A DNA stretch of 63,251 nucleotides, the filler included, from Bigelowiella natans CCMP2755 (Eukaryota > Protista > Cercozoa), in the NCBI GenBank assembly GCA_000320545.1. It is 9 parts of 9 records of this genome, joined end to end, with 100 filler letters (N's around TTAATTAATTAA, not from the genome) between each part and the next. Parts side by side here need not be neighbours in the genome. Positions count along the whole stretch, not along the records: positions 34,402 to 56,576 come from ADNK01001499.1; 8 more parts are not named here. One strand, written 5' to 3'. A program made the translations under genes and the position numbers. The notes below the pieces were generated by a model, which was given only the letters and a program-made list of their open reading frames with translations, had not been told where the DNA came from and did no database searches. Of this stretch, positions 38,966 through 52,448 are shown piece by piece (the stretch's first letter is position 1; every line of letters starts with the position of its first letter).

Positions 38966-38997
<32 letters not shown>

Positions 38998-40028
38998 TGT
39001 GCATTTTTCATCCTGCAGGTACTACAATGATTTTACATCGGTCATACCTCTACATCCCGATGGAGCAAAAGCCAAGGAAATCTATGGAAAGGTCAATACA
39101 GTTCTATTTACCCACAGTTGTTTGAAATGGTATCGACGCTCTCATCTGTAACGTCTTCGTTTCCATCACGCAAACAGCAGCAGCAGCAACTGCAGCTAGA
39201 ATAACACAACCACGACAAGAACGGCTTATACTAACACGGACCCACCCATGCATAAACGACGTGTAGGGATTGAGAGCTGCATTCGAGGAGATAGCCAACG
39301 AGTTCGCCAACAAAGTAGACACCGTCTGGAATCACCAAGACGTCAGGAATGGTCGTGAGGCATTGGATATTGGTTAGCACACTCGCGCACTTAGTATGTA
39401 TGAACCAGCATTGCTCCTTTTTGCAGCATCTCATTCGTTAGCTAATCAGCGAATCAAGCCATGGTAGCTCTGAACAGTCGAGACCGTGACCAAGAAGCTG
39501 GTATACAAAGGAAGAGGGATAAACAACAGCAACGCATTCTTAACACAGCACGGGTATCATCTACTTATCTCCCCCTTACAGCAGCTATTACCACTACCAC
39601 CACCACCACCACTACCAGCAGCACCTTAACAACCCAACTCGTCCTGACCAAACGCCCGGTTCTAAATACAGGAGTTGCTGGAAAAATGGAAACACCAGAT
39701 GCACAAGCATTATGCCAGGATCTTCCTTGATAAGACATGGACAAGGAGATCGGTCGTAGTAGCAGCAGCAGTAGTATTAGTAGTAGAAGTAAAACCAGTG
39801 GTCGTACTCCACCGGCAAGAAGAGGATAACAGCATGTGTTGTTAAGAAGATTCTCATTACGATCCTCACTCTTCTTCTTCTTCTTTTTCTTCTCCTTCTC
39901 CTTCTTTTAACTACCAACAGCACAACACCCAATGTAGCGTCATTCCTACTCCGGCAATAAAAGAGCAGGGAGAGAGTGACGACGATTTCAAGAAGAGGCT
40001 CTTTAAACAGACAGGTACTACCTCACCT

Positions 40029-40066
<38 letters not shown>

Positions 40067-40243
40067 AAAGAGAGAGAGAGGGGGAGAGATAGAGAGAGGC
40101 TAGAGGCATATATACATACTATATGGATCTTGCATATACACACATATATTGTACACACACTAATACACATGTATACGGACATATTTATGTATAATATAGT
40201 ATAAATATAATATATATATATATATATATATATAGGCGGTATG

Positions 40244-40281
<38 letters not shown>

Positions 40282-40735
40282 TATATACTGTATCTGCGTA
40301 TAATATGTGCTACAGTTTGAAGTACGTTTTTGAAGAGTATACAAACTTACTTTCCTGATTCATGCTCTCCCCCGCCTCTCCCCCCCCCCCCCCTCTCTCA
40401 CCTCAGCCAAAAAAGTCATGTGCACTGTATTCAAGACTGGATTCCTGCTTAATGAGCGTAGTGGTAACGACAAGACCAATATGGAAAATATGATGTGGCT
40501 GATGTTCCCAAAGCTCCACCCTTCTACAGATCCCGATGAAAATGAGGTTTGCTCAACTCTAAACAGTCTTTTGTACGCCCCCCCCACTTCTAATACCTAC
40601 CCTCTTTCATGGTCGCTTTAACCGCCATCTCTCGAGGAACCATACGTCGTTTTGCCGTCCATTCATCTGACCTCATGCAAGAATATCATTGTCATTACTG
40701 CTACTATGTATGCTGAGACAACTACTACCACCACC

Positions 40736-40767
<32 letters not shown>

Positions 40768-41514
40768 CAGGTTATAATTTAATAATGGCTTACATGATTA
40801 GTTCATCGATTGGATGCGAAGCCTTCACTCGAAGTATTTGATGTTCCGAAGAATGTTCGGTATGATGCACTCACGCAAATAATCGTATTCTGTCTAACCA
40901 TTCGCTCACCCCCCCCCCACACTTTAACGGCAGTGCCGTTTCACTTTTCCGTTCCTTTTTCGCTACAACTGCCAGTACCCTTAAGCAGCAAGTAGGTCAC
41001 ACACTTACAAATTAATACCGTTGATGATGATAGGTACAGAGAGAGTTGAAAGCGGGCGGCTCGAGAGGCCGCAGGTCCTGGAGCCGCACGTTGATCAAGA
41101 AGGCAATACGGTCGAAAGAGATCGATTATACATCTATAAAGACGCTCTCATGCACACGTAAGCACATTCCCTTGAGCCTTTACATTCTCCCCCACCTTTC
41201 TCCATGATACATCTACCATGCACGAACGAAGGTCAAATGCGTAGAGAAAACATGGTAGTAACCTACCCGTAAAAACAACAACAATAATAACAACAACAGG
41301 TACTTCACGCTGTCCAGCATGATGTCAGACGCTCGCGGTTTTGGCGACCAAATCCGTGAGTTTCAAGAATTTTCTCAACAACAAGAGACATACTCGAATT
41401 GTTTAAGCAAGCTCGAAGTAATGATTGACGTTAAAGTTAAGGCTGGATTGGGAGTGTCAGACTCATTGAAAGATATGTGCGGTGGGCCGAATTCCGGTAA
41501 TATTATATATATAA

Positions 41515-41551
<37 letters not shown>

Positions 41552-41822
41552 TAGACTCCTTGTAGTGTGTGCTCCCTTTCTTTCTCGTGCTAGAGTAGAG
41601 TTAACCTTAAGCACCTTGTGCGTGCGTGTGTGTGTGGGTGTCGCCGTTTGCAGGCGTTGCTATCGTAGGAGGAGTAAAATCGGGTATGCGGAAGGAATTG
41701 GTGAAGCCAGAACCAGGCCACCCACAGACCTGTCAACTCACGGATTGGCACACTGTTCCACCTTCCTATACGATCAGCCTGCTCACTAAATACCTCTCCC
41801 TTGACTTCAAAAAAAAGTAAGC

Positions 41823-41890
<68 letters not shown>

Positions 41891-42831
41891 CCGCCTCTCT
41901 ATTTCACGTTCTCGAATACCCTTAACCCCTACTAATATACATGATTTCCATGCGCATGGAAACAAGGTATCTGAAGCTGACTAATGGGAAGAAAAGTTCG
42001 CGCTGGGTTACTGCTATCAGAGTCCAATATCCATCCGCTGCCCCCGAAGAATTCGAAGAAAAGTTGCTTCAAGAAAGTTTGCTTTTGTCGGCTAGTGTGG
42101 TGTACTACGTCAGCTCAGCTGTTTACGATTACTTCAGTGATGTTCGGTCCAACACAGAGAGCGGTACTACCGAGCGAAGCAACGCTATTGCTGATATTGC
42201 TGCACAGGCAGTAGCGTCCGTACTGGCAGCCATGAAATCATTTGCATCTGCAATAGGAGGGGATGTACTCGGTCTGCTATTCCCTAGCGATGAAGATCCA
42301 TCAGTAGATTCTGAGGATGAAAATGGCATCACAAAAAAGCTTATGAATTTTTTGGAAACATTAGCTGACGCGGAAGCAACAAGTACCCGCATGAGTGGTT
42401 ATGAGATCTCGTTCGCGAACGTGGATGCAAATCCAAGGGCTGATGACCCAACGCTTAACATAAAGATGAAATCATTTACTGTAGAACAACAGGCGATTGA
42501 TGGAGAGGCCTTTGGCGCTTTCTTCAATTCTGGCACCTCTAAGGATTGTCTTAACACAAATCTTAAGGTAAAAGAGTTTGCTCGGAGCCTGCCTGGCTCT
42601 GCTAAGCTAACGAGAGCTGCGAGCAATGCCAGCACCCGCGTTGAAGGAATCTTTTCGAAATTTAAGGCAGCTTTCACGGCCATGTCGACTTCGATGGATA
42701 ATCTCAAAACAAAATCCGCACAGATCATGCAAGACTACAATGAGAAGATACGACAAGGCACCGCTGCTCCTTTGGTCATGCCAGGGGCTCCCATCTTCCT
42801 TCTCAGCCCTCCACCTCAACCAGCGTTGTGA
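38100..42831 (+). CDS. Large multi-exon hypothetical protein (start uncertain, possibly about 37760)
   Basis: More than 10 GT/AG exons, with in-frame joins such as QFLFKKM|YDKLEKLRVV...DTKLAK|YYNDFTSVIP...EIYGK|GLRAAFEEIANEF, and a long terminal exon at about 41968-42831. No family recognised. Confidence 0.65.
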
Positions 42832-42931
42832 GAAAAATGAAAAGAAATGTGTTCTTCCAAAAAGTGTCAGCGCTTGCTCAATCAGTTTATCAGCTAGATT
42901 CTTAAATGATTACATGGCACGTTTATTTTTA

Positions 42932-45334
42932 GTTCATCTTTTTGGCACACGAGTGTTGCACCCCACAGTTTTGAAATGACGACCATGAAACCACGGCGTC
43001 ACCAAAGTGAGACACAGCGACGTGCATGAATGATCGTCAGCGCGCATGCTCATCGTCGACCAAGCGCTGCTCATCCGAGGCTGTTGTTGAAGCTGCGTCA
43101 GACGCAACCAGCTGTCGCGCACGACCGCAGCCTTCGACCACACTCACGCACACGTCGATCATCGACGCACGTGTGCAATGCACTCATCCACGTGCGGTTC
43201 TCTAGTTCATGCACTTGCATTGTTTGCTTTTTCGTGCACGCTGCAGCAGCCGTGTGGCAAAAAGTTTCCACAGCACCGCAGGATCATGCAAAGCAAGATG
43301 CATGCACGCACATTCATGTGCAGCTTGTCCAGTTGTCGTGTGCACGTGCATCCGCCACAGCTCGATCCGTCAAACCCGGTGACAATTGGGTCATGAACAG
43401 TGCAGCGCTTCGCGACGCGCTTTGAAGCAGCAGGCAGTTGCAGTTGGTCAAGGAAAAGTCATCAGAGCTTGTCCGATGGCCAAACCTCAAAAAATGACCG
43501 AAGTGTTGACCAAAATGTCCATTTTCAAGGCTCAGTGATGAGCGCGCAAAGTGTGAAAATTCACACCCGTTGTGCAGAGGATGCACGCTGCGCGTTTGTT
43601 CTTCGCCACATTTTGAATGCTTTTGCGCGTGTGTTTGACCAATCTTGACATGCACGAAAAATTTCAAAGAAATGCGAGCAAATCCAATGTTCATTGCATC
43701 ACACAACGCGCTTTGGTCGCGCGCAAAAGCTTCCAAATGGACGTTCTGAAATTTGTTGCAAGTTTGACGGAGCTGTGGTGTGACCACAACTAGGCGAAAA
43801 CGCAAGTGAGCTGCGCCGGCTTTGCAAATGCAAGCATGCACGCGTTTTTTTCGCGCAAGTCTGGAAGTTCTTTGCAATGGTCACGCGCACGACACGCATG
43901 CATGGGGACCCATGTGGGTCCTTGCAATTGTGAACACACTGGAATGTGTTTTGACTGCACGGCGGAGTTTTTGTGCATTCCACTGCATCGTTTGCTGCAT
44001 CAATGCACACACTCCACGTTCGGTCAGATGACAGACACAGTGACAGCAGACACAGTGATGCACACATGATGCATGTCATGCATGTGGCATTGTGTGTCTG
44101 TGATTCAGGAAAAAGCTGCAAGTTCGGACACATTCTTCCACGAGATTTCGGGGCTCAGCTAGCTGCTGGGGTGGAGGATTTCTGATGAAACTTGGAGAAG
44201 TAGTGACTGAAGAAGACGTTGCTAGCTCAGCGCAGCTTCGAACTGATGAGATTTTGATGCCGCCACAATGCCAATGTCATGGCGGCAGCATGTCAGCGCG
44301 CACTGGCGCAGCGCACAACACGTGGCTCTTGCTTTGCTTGAACCCAAAACAAAAAAGACGTTTGCGGCAGCGAGGCATCCGATGTTGATCACAAAAAAAA
44401 AACCAACACATGACAAACACAACAAATTTTTGGGAGAGAGCTAGAGAGATCTCCATGTTTGAATTTTCATTTTTCAGCTCATGATTCTGGAGTCATTTTT
44501 GTGCAATTTTCACAAAGTTTTCCAGTCCAGCAGTGTTTTGCAACCACCGTCCGTCTGAGAGGTTGATGGAACATCACTGCTCTTCGCATCACCAAAATTG
44601 CATGTCGCAACGACTCTGCTGGTTCAGGGGCAAAGCACTCTGCTCAACAAAGAAGAAAAACATCGTTTGCCAAAAACACTTCTTTCACAGTCATCTGGTC
44701 ATGACAAATCGACATCTTCCCTTTTTGCGGATGCACCAGATCTGGACTGCGACAGCCTCGCCAGTGTGATCCGCTCAGGAAGAGAAAGAGGAACATGGCC
44801 ACGACGATCGATCCAGCGACGTGGACGCCATCCGGCATGCTCGCCCTGATGATCGCGTGTCGTCCACGTTCCGTTCTGAAGTTCTGAAGAGAGAGAGAGA
44901 GAGAGAGAGGGAGAGGGGGGCCGTCTGGAGAGCAACAATGGGGCAATGATCATGCGAGAGAACATCCACACGCATCCGAAGATGTTCCAAGCCAGCATGG
45001 GAACAATGAGACCAATGAGAACAATGATGAAAAACCATGTTTCCAAACTGTGGCAAGACACTTGCAGTGCACGAAGTGCAGTGCCTCGAACTGGGCACGC
45101 TCTGACCTTGCGGCAAAACGAAGAGCAGAAGCGCTGACTTCCAGACTTCGCCACAATTCACAGAAGAAGAATGCGAATCACAATGCAACGACAACTAGAT
45201 CTAACCCCATTTCACCCTCAGATGGGGCTGCATGAAAAAGAAAGGGTGAAACTGGCAGACTGAAACTGCTGCAGACCACCGACGACAACAATCGAAATGG
45301 GGCTCAAATTGATGATGAGCGACATGCCAAAAAT
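42932..45334. other. TpA-depleted tract (about 2.4 kb), possibly containing decayed repeat sequence
   Basis: Manual scan found only 8 TA: CTAG x6 (about 43202, 43790, 44159, 44222, 44441, 45195), GTAG (about 44200) and CTAA (about 45201). Confidence 0.92.
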
Positions 45335-45503
45335 TTAGTTATGGAATTAAAATCCCATTTCCAATTTGTTCTGCCCTCGTTTTTCAAACTAAAAAAAGAG
45401 ATGTGGTTTTGTCTGATGAGCGACAACCCAAAAAATTAGATATGGAATCAAAATCCCCTTTCCAATTTGTTCCCTACGTCGTTTTTCAAACTAAAATAAA
45501 GAA
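45314..45503 (+). repeat. Diverged tandem duplication, period about 101 bp
   Basis: gatgagcgaca...atggaat(t/c)aaaatccc...ccaatttgtt...cgtttttcaaactaaaa occurs at 45314 and 45415. Confidence 0.8.
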
Positions 45504-45833
45504 AGGTACGGTACCCCACTTCCGCATACAGAGCCATACTTACGGAGGTAAAGTGTTATCAATTTTTATCCGTTTCTTGGGCTAACCCCCCCTGTACGAA
45601 GAGCAAAAAGCCAAAAATAGATTAAATGTACGTATTCGTTGTTAAATGTGCTTAATCAACTGCGACATATGGTACTCTCTTGTTCGGTTCGTCACAAAGC
45701 GGGCGGCCGTTTTTTGGTCTGCGACAATCGGAAAAAACACAGCATGTCGCTACTCCGGAGAAAATAGGAGCGAAAGGATAAGAAGACACGCCCCTAACCA
45801 CCAAGCATTGGGGAGGAGAAAAGCCATCACATC

Positions 45834-47024
45834 ATGAGGAGGGAAGATGAGGTGGACACCTTCTACACTCCACCGAGCTCCCCGGATTGCTATTCTCGGG
45901 GGGTTGAGGTTGAAGCCGGTCCCGCAATACCGCAGAAAGCTGCGGTTCAGAGTAGAGAGTTGAACCCACTAGCTGCCACACGGAAGACATCAACCTCTTC
46001 CGCTATCAGCTCTGTACTGCCAAACATAAGAAAGGGAAGTAGCAATTTAACATTAAGATCGCTCCCGCTCTTGAACACCGGTTTCCCGGCGACGAAAGGA
46101 CGGAGAACCCCTACCATAACCGGGCGAAAATTGAGAATGGGTCTGAGTACCGACTCAGTAAGTAGGACGAGAAGTATCTCGCCGCGTTCCAGCACCCGCA
46201 ACCTGCGCCCAATCTCCACCATGAGGAAATTGAGACAGCGCCCCACTTGCAGTATAGGCGCAAAGGTTAGGGCGCGGAGCAGAGGTTCGAAGCTACCTCT
46301 CCGAATGCGATCTCTCACGCATAACTCGGGGAGGACATTGTCCCCCTCATCAGTACGCAGTCTTCCATCAACAAGGAGTTTGAGGCACGGAGCATCCAGA
46401 AGAAACCCTTCGTCGTCCACTTTTTCGTTGACACCAGACGCATTATTTCGGCAAAACAAAGGCAAAGACCTCAAAGATGAGAGCTACTGGACCTTTCCCC
46501 GAACTCACGAGGGGGGTGATGCGACGAAACGTGTGGGATCGCAAGTCCGTAAAGCCTCAAGTATTTCACATCTTCCTGTCATGAATGACAGAAGGAAGAT
46601 TAAGGGAGACCTCGTGAGGAACCAGCCAAATCGTATACACCCCGAATCGGAAATTAAGAACCACCAAGACCTTCCAAGCGAGAACCCGTTAAAATCTTCT
46701 GTGCCCACAGCTTTGAGCCACGAAGAAATGATTGCAGCAAGAACCAAGATTTTCTCCGAGATTCGACTTGTAGGAACAGCCCTAATGAATTTTCTTAAAT
46801 CTCGAAAATTTCTTACTAATTTTCCATTTTTTTTTACCCACCTATGTGCAGACCCCGAGACGCATAAAAGGAGGAGGCAATTTTGACGACATAACTAAGC
46901 AGCTTTTGATTGACGTAATAGCTATGATTCTTTCACACCATGGACAGAGTACGTTGTCATCTAACGTAAACCTATTTGTCGCACTTAGATTCAAGAGCAA
47001 GGAGGAATCAAAATTAATATTTAA
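45834..47024 (+). CDS. Hypothetical Ser/Arg-rich, largely disordered protein (probably 3 exons)
   Basis: About 310-codon first exon, then in-frame splices ...KIFSEIRL|TPRRIKGGGNFDDITKQLLID|IQEQGGIKINI*. Confidence 0.6.
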
Positions 47025-47235
47025 GTCCGATCACGTCTTTGGGCAATATGTATATTTATATGACTAGGAATGGAATCTCTAAAAATGAACCTGTGTCGAT
47101 ACTAATAATAATGATTTCAACTTTCATTATGGATTGTGGTGCACAGCTAGAAAGGAAAGCTGAATAAGCTTAGCATAAACTTCATAGCGTGTAGGCAATA
47201 CCATGATACTATGAGCACAGGCCATGGTAACACAT

Positions 47236-47269
<34 letters not shown>

Positions 47270-48229
47270 CACTATTTCTGAGCACAGGCTTAGTAGAATA
47301 AATCTAACAATCAATGGTCTTCACACAATCGACTGATGTGATGCAACATTTTAATCGTAACAATGCACATCGACTAGATTGAAATACCGGTCATCACAAC
47401 CGGTCATCACACACATGCACACACTCACAACCATCTAGCCATGCGCATGCTGCTGCTGCTGCTGGGTCACATGAGATGAAGTGTGCTCGATGCGCATTTT
47501 GCTACATGGACGATGGCTGCCCGACAATAGATCGCATGGCCGCGCTACTGGTGCGCCGTCATGAACTGTGTGCGCGCAAGCCGCGCGCACATCGTATCGC
47601 GTGCATGAGATGACGGTGCGTGTACGCCTGCATCATATATTGCTAGCCGCTTAGGTTGTGCTCTGTTACACATGTAATGCTAGAATGCATGCGCATGTCT
47701 ATTGTAAGCATGCATCTTCATGCGCAATAAGATTCGATATGCATTCGTGGACTGCTAGCGTAGCTAGCTATAGACTGGCATTCGCTGGACAAGCTTCACG
47801 CTATCTTACGGGCAGTAGTGCGTGCGACGAAGACGACGCTCGTTATTGCCACGCCACACTAGTCACATGCTTGTTTAACATAATCGTGCATGATGTAGCT
47901 ATTTTAAAGCCGTTATGGGTGCCTGCTGCTTGGTGACTCTTTTGATTTTCTGGCGCGCTACGCTCATACAATTATCTGTATTTGTATCCAAAAGAAACTC
48001 TCTCATGATCGCTTAACGTCGCCACTGCCCATGTAATGATTCCCATCTGTAATCATCCGAAGTGGAAGATATCTACCTGTTCCTCCGGCTTTAGGATGTC
48101 CCTGTTGGCGCATGTAACAACACATTCGAAAAGCAGTAAGAGCGCCATCTTCTCAAAAATCTCACGCCGATCAGGAGTTTAAATTTGGATGCGTTCATCG
48201 AAAAATAGCTGTAAATCAATGGTATATCA

Positions 48230-48524
48230 TCACCCAAGTTCCATCTTATTGACGTAGCCAGCAAGGATGAAATCCTGTTACAGCACACACACACACACAT
48301 ATATACACATATACAACGCATATGTACGACATTTGTGTGCGTGCATGCGTGCATGCGTGAGTGCGTGCGTGTGTGTGCACATATGTCATCCACGTGCACG
48401 AAGATCGTACATCCACATTTCGTATCGTCGGAAGGCTGCACATCTAAATCACTGACGTACGTTCATCACTGGTCCTTCAGTACCATCACTTTGAATGCGA
48501 AGATCGGCCTGGAAAACATACATG

Positions 48525-48557
<33 letters not shown>

Positions 48558-48889
48558 ATATATATAATATATATATACACTCGCACAGCATCCATATAGC
48601 ACGATTCATCTGGACGCGAACGCCTCCAGAGAACCGTATCGTCGTTTGGCGAAATCAGGGTTGTGATCTGCAATCATCATCATCGGCAGGAGACGTAGCA
48701 GCAGGTCGCTCACCTCCACTTCCCCAGTGCTTCTGTCTATGTCAATCGTCCACTCCAAGTTCGGATTGTTCTCTAACCCTTCGCAACACGAGAAACACGC
48801 GCATATATGGAAAACTTTGTGATGATCGGAAATTATGCTCACATGCGTTCCGTACGCGCGCGCGCGCACACACACACACACACATGGTG

Positions 48890-48921
<32 letters not shown>

Positions 48922-49025
48922 TCTATATTCAATATGTACCTGCACACATATAATGTAAATATATTATATTATACTATATTGCACACACATAATGTAAATA
49001 TAATATATTATACTATATTATATCA

Positions 49026-49070
<45 letters not shown>

Positions 49071-49198
49071 GTGTTTGTGTGTGTGTGTGTGTGTGTAGTT
49101 GAAAGAACACCTACCGGGAGCAATTTTAGCAGCTTCCACGCGAGTTTTCAACTCTACAAGTTCCTGATGTTGTAAGAAGAAAGTGTATATTACATCCG

Positions 49199-49275
<77 letters not shown>

Positions 49276-50693
49276 GCTCTGCTCCTACTCTCTGCCATAA
49301 CCATGGGCATCTATCCCCATACCAGCAGTAGGAAAAAGTCTTACAACAGCTACCGCTACTGCAGCAGCAGCAGCAGCAGCAACAACAACAACAACTACTA
49401 CTGCTGCTGCTACAAACAGCTGTTAATTACATCTTCAGAAGGAAGCAAGAAGTTTGCTGTCAGCATCTCTCGCCCGTCATAAAACTCGATCTCGAAGCCG
49501 GGTATCTGCACGGTGCCGACGGTGGATGTTAGCAGACAGCAATAACGCTTCGCAACATAACACACGAATATGTGCATCATGAATTTACGACAGCATCTTG
49601 CGTTGGAGAGCAATCGGAACATGCACGTGTATGTGTGATGGATTATGGATACCCTAAGTAAACTTCGTTTGTGCGCTGTCGCGTTTAAACGAGTGAGGGT
49701 TCTGCTATATTACCTGATTTTGAAACAGAATTTGTTCCTCCTCATTTAGAGCCTAAGGGGGATGCAGCAGGGTGGGTGAGAGTGAGATCGATGCTAGAAG
49801 AAAAAGCTTCTTGATAGAGTAGTCCCTCTCTATAAACGTCATTACTGTCTTATTCGCGCTGTATCGGTCATTCTGAAGGCCGAAGATGTGGTTCTTTGGA
49901 ATCTGCATTTGATGAAGAAATGAAGGAGGAGGAGGAGAAGGAGGAGAAGGAGGAGGATAACGGCAATAATGAGTCACAGCATTCCCTCCGACAAGAAGTA
50001 CAGATCATGCAAGAAATACAGAATATGCTCGTGACCTTTACAATGTGGAACGTGTCGGCGTTCCGGACCTAGAAGGCAAATCCAGTCCAGCACAAGCATA
50101 CAAAATTTGTGAGTCGAAAACGGCGAAATTAGCTTCTCAGGTATCGAAGAGGAAGAAGAAGAATAAGAGGGGGGGAGGGAAGAGGGAAGGCCAATAGTCG
50201 ATAACGTCGAAGTAGAAAGAACACCTTATTCCCAAAGTCAAACTCGGTTTCTGCCGCAAAAGGGTCTCTTGCACCCCATTCTTCCTTACCGCCATTCCAT
50301 GTTTTTTCCTCAAATACTATCGGTCTCTCACGCCTCTCACACCCAATACGGGAAGGGCCAACCAGCCTGTATCGTTCGTACACAGAAGAGAAGAGCCAGG
50401 CAAATGTGAGGGCTTGCGGCAAACCAATCGTGGCCATATGAATAAACAAACATCGATGAACGCTAGTCTAAAAGTACTGATCATTTGTATCGGGTCATTG
50501 AAGAGGAATACAAGGAATAAAACCTGCTAAGTTGACGAGGAGGAGCAATGAATGTAGATCTAGCCCTAGAGACCGTGGAGAGGAGGAGTCCATTCGTACC
50601 GAAATTGACCGGAGCCATGTGTATTACCATCAAAGTAGCCGAAAGCGCTGCGAACCCGGCGCAAAGTAGTCGAGATCGCATTTTCCCCTTCAT
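48230..50693 (-). CDS. Multi-exon protein with a bipartite (signal + transit peptide-like) leader; putatively plastid-targeted, function unknown
   Basis: MKGKMRSRLLCAGFAALSATLMVIHMA, then S/T/R-rich LLSTVSRARSTFIAPPRQLS; downstream exons WGARDPFAAETEFDFGNK|VRNADTFHIVK|IPKNHIFG..., LWRRSRPDE, CSLPTIRN|DFILAGYVNKMELG*. Confidence 0.65.
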
Positions 50694-51013
50694 GGCTTCC
50701 AAGCGGGAGGGGGTGGGGTAGGGTACCACGTAGGGCGTCCAGCTTTAGAAATAATAGACCGAAAATCCAACCAAATATTACGTTAAAATATTTTCACAAA
50801 ATCGCAAAGAGAGAGGCCGCCGGCACATATTCGATATTGCCTTCCATGGATCTCGGCCAAGATATTTCAAGCTCATAATTTGGACCACCGAGAAAGGCCT
50901 GAGGCGATAAAGAAAGTTGAATTAATGGCTGTTTATTTTATGCGACAATAAATTAAATGCTATAAATTCTAGAAATAGGAAAAACGCAGGCGTAGAAGCG
51001 AGCAGAGGGCAGA

Positions 51014-51733
51014 ATGGCTGCTCGCCCACCCTTTCAGCGCTTCAAAAGTGTTTTTTCGATGGCAAGGGCAACGGTCATGTGCAAGCTGTCTGGAGCTCGA
51101 TGCACAATGAGACAGTTGCCGAAATCGATATGGCCAAGCCCATCTCCGCAACCCCCATCTGCTGTTTGCCAAGTTTGGGGAATGCCAGCAAGACCCTCTC
51201 GGTTCTTCGGGGCCAAAAGAGAGAACCTCGACAAAGTGAGGGAGTGGGCTTCCGAAAAAGACCTCGAGGAAGCCCGCCTCTGGTCGAGTAAGTTTGAACC
51301 TGAAAATCTCCCCATAGATCGGATGAAAGCCTCTTTTGTGCGTAGCAGCGGCGCGGGAGGGCAAAACGTTAATAAATTGAACACGAAAGCGGAGGTCCGT
51401 TTCAGTATGTCGGATGCTAGAAATTGGATGCCAAGGTACACGATAAAGAGAATTGAGGCCTTGGAAGCATCGCGGATAAATAAGAAAGGGGAGTTCGCCA
51501 TCTCCTCGCAAAGGCATCGAACCCAAGAGCAAAACCTCAATGACTGTTATAAGAAAATCTGGGATATCATCAAAGAGGCTTCAAAAACTCCGACCGATTC
51601 GTCCGAGGAGCAGAAACTAAGAATCAAGAACTTACAGCGAAAGGCTAACGAGGAGAGACTGAAGAGGAAAACGAAGCATTCGGAGAAAAAAACGTTGCGA
51701 AGAGAAAGAAAAGATTCTAAATTCTTTCTTTAA
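51014..51733 (+). CDS. ICT1: ICT1/ArfB (YaeJ)-type codon-independent peptidyl-tRNA hydrolase with organellar presequence; intronless
   Basis: SFVRSSGAGGQNVNKLNTKAEVRF, RINKKGEFAISSQRHRTQEQN and basic tail RLKRKTKHSEKK. Confidence 0.95.
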   Translation: MAARPPFQRFKSVFSMARATVMCKLSGARCTMRQLPKSIWPSPSPQPPSAVCQVWGMPARPSRFFGAKRENLDKVREWASEKDLEEARLWSSKFEPENLPIDRMKASFVRSSGAGGQNVNKLNTKAEVRFSMSDARNWMPRYTIKRIEALEASRINKKGEFAISSQRHRTQEQNLNDCYKKIWDIIKEASKTPTDSSEEQKLRIKNLQRKANEERLKRKTKHSEKKTLRRERKDSKFFL

Positions 51734-52448
51734 TTTTCACGGCCTTTATAGCTATAGAAGAATAAGTGCAATGAATTCAAAGATTTACGAAATAAAAATC
51801 ATTGCTCGCAAGATGAGAAACGCATTAAGAATCGTCCTGCATTGCTGTGATGCGGCGACCTCGCTAGTACTAGTCATCATTTCGTTGACTTTACGTATTC
51901 ATTTTGTGTCAATCAAGGAAGGTGCCGGGCATTGTGACGCATTTGGTACTAGCGCGCCGTGTAAGACAGAACCAATGTTCTCACCCATGCCTTCGAACAA
52001 TATTTTTTCTTTTATGCGCAACAGCATTGCAATATTTGGTCTCAATAAGGATAGGTCTAGCTGGATAAACGAGATGACGACATTGAATGCACATGCAAGG
52101 ATCAGGGGAAACTACAATCGCTTGCGTGACGCTTGATACTTCGCTTGTCTCTATACACACTGTTTTAGTTGCAACAAGTCTTCAATTCACGTGTAGCGCA
52201 TGCGCGACGTGGTGTAAATGGCTTCATGCAGACGTGATATGCTATCGGAGTAGTGAATGCTTGTACATGATGTCAACACCATTATTTGAAATTTAAGCAA
52301 TAGATATTCACATGGTAAAAGCGAGGCGACAAGTTTCATCGGAGCTATGCATTTTACATGCTATTATCAAGAAAGTAATTTAATTATCGTTGACGAGAAT
52401 ATTCCAGCAGTGGCCCGACGAATAAGCAAAGCAGTTTGCACATAGAAT

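Noticed and set aside
42934-45235. Many overlapping Cys/His/Ala-rich ORFs on both strands here and at 7763-8676
   Set aside because: A by-product of TpA loss: TAA, TAG and Tyr codons are scarce, so frames stay open. There are no motifs or splice structure.
42932-45334. CpG-methylation decay or classical RIP as the explanation for the TG/CA excess
   Set aside because: CpG is plentiful in the tract and TpA is nearly absent, the opposite of what C->T processes would leave.
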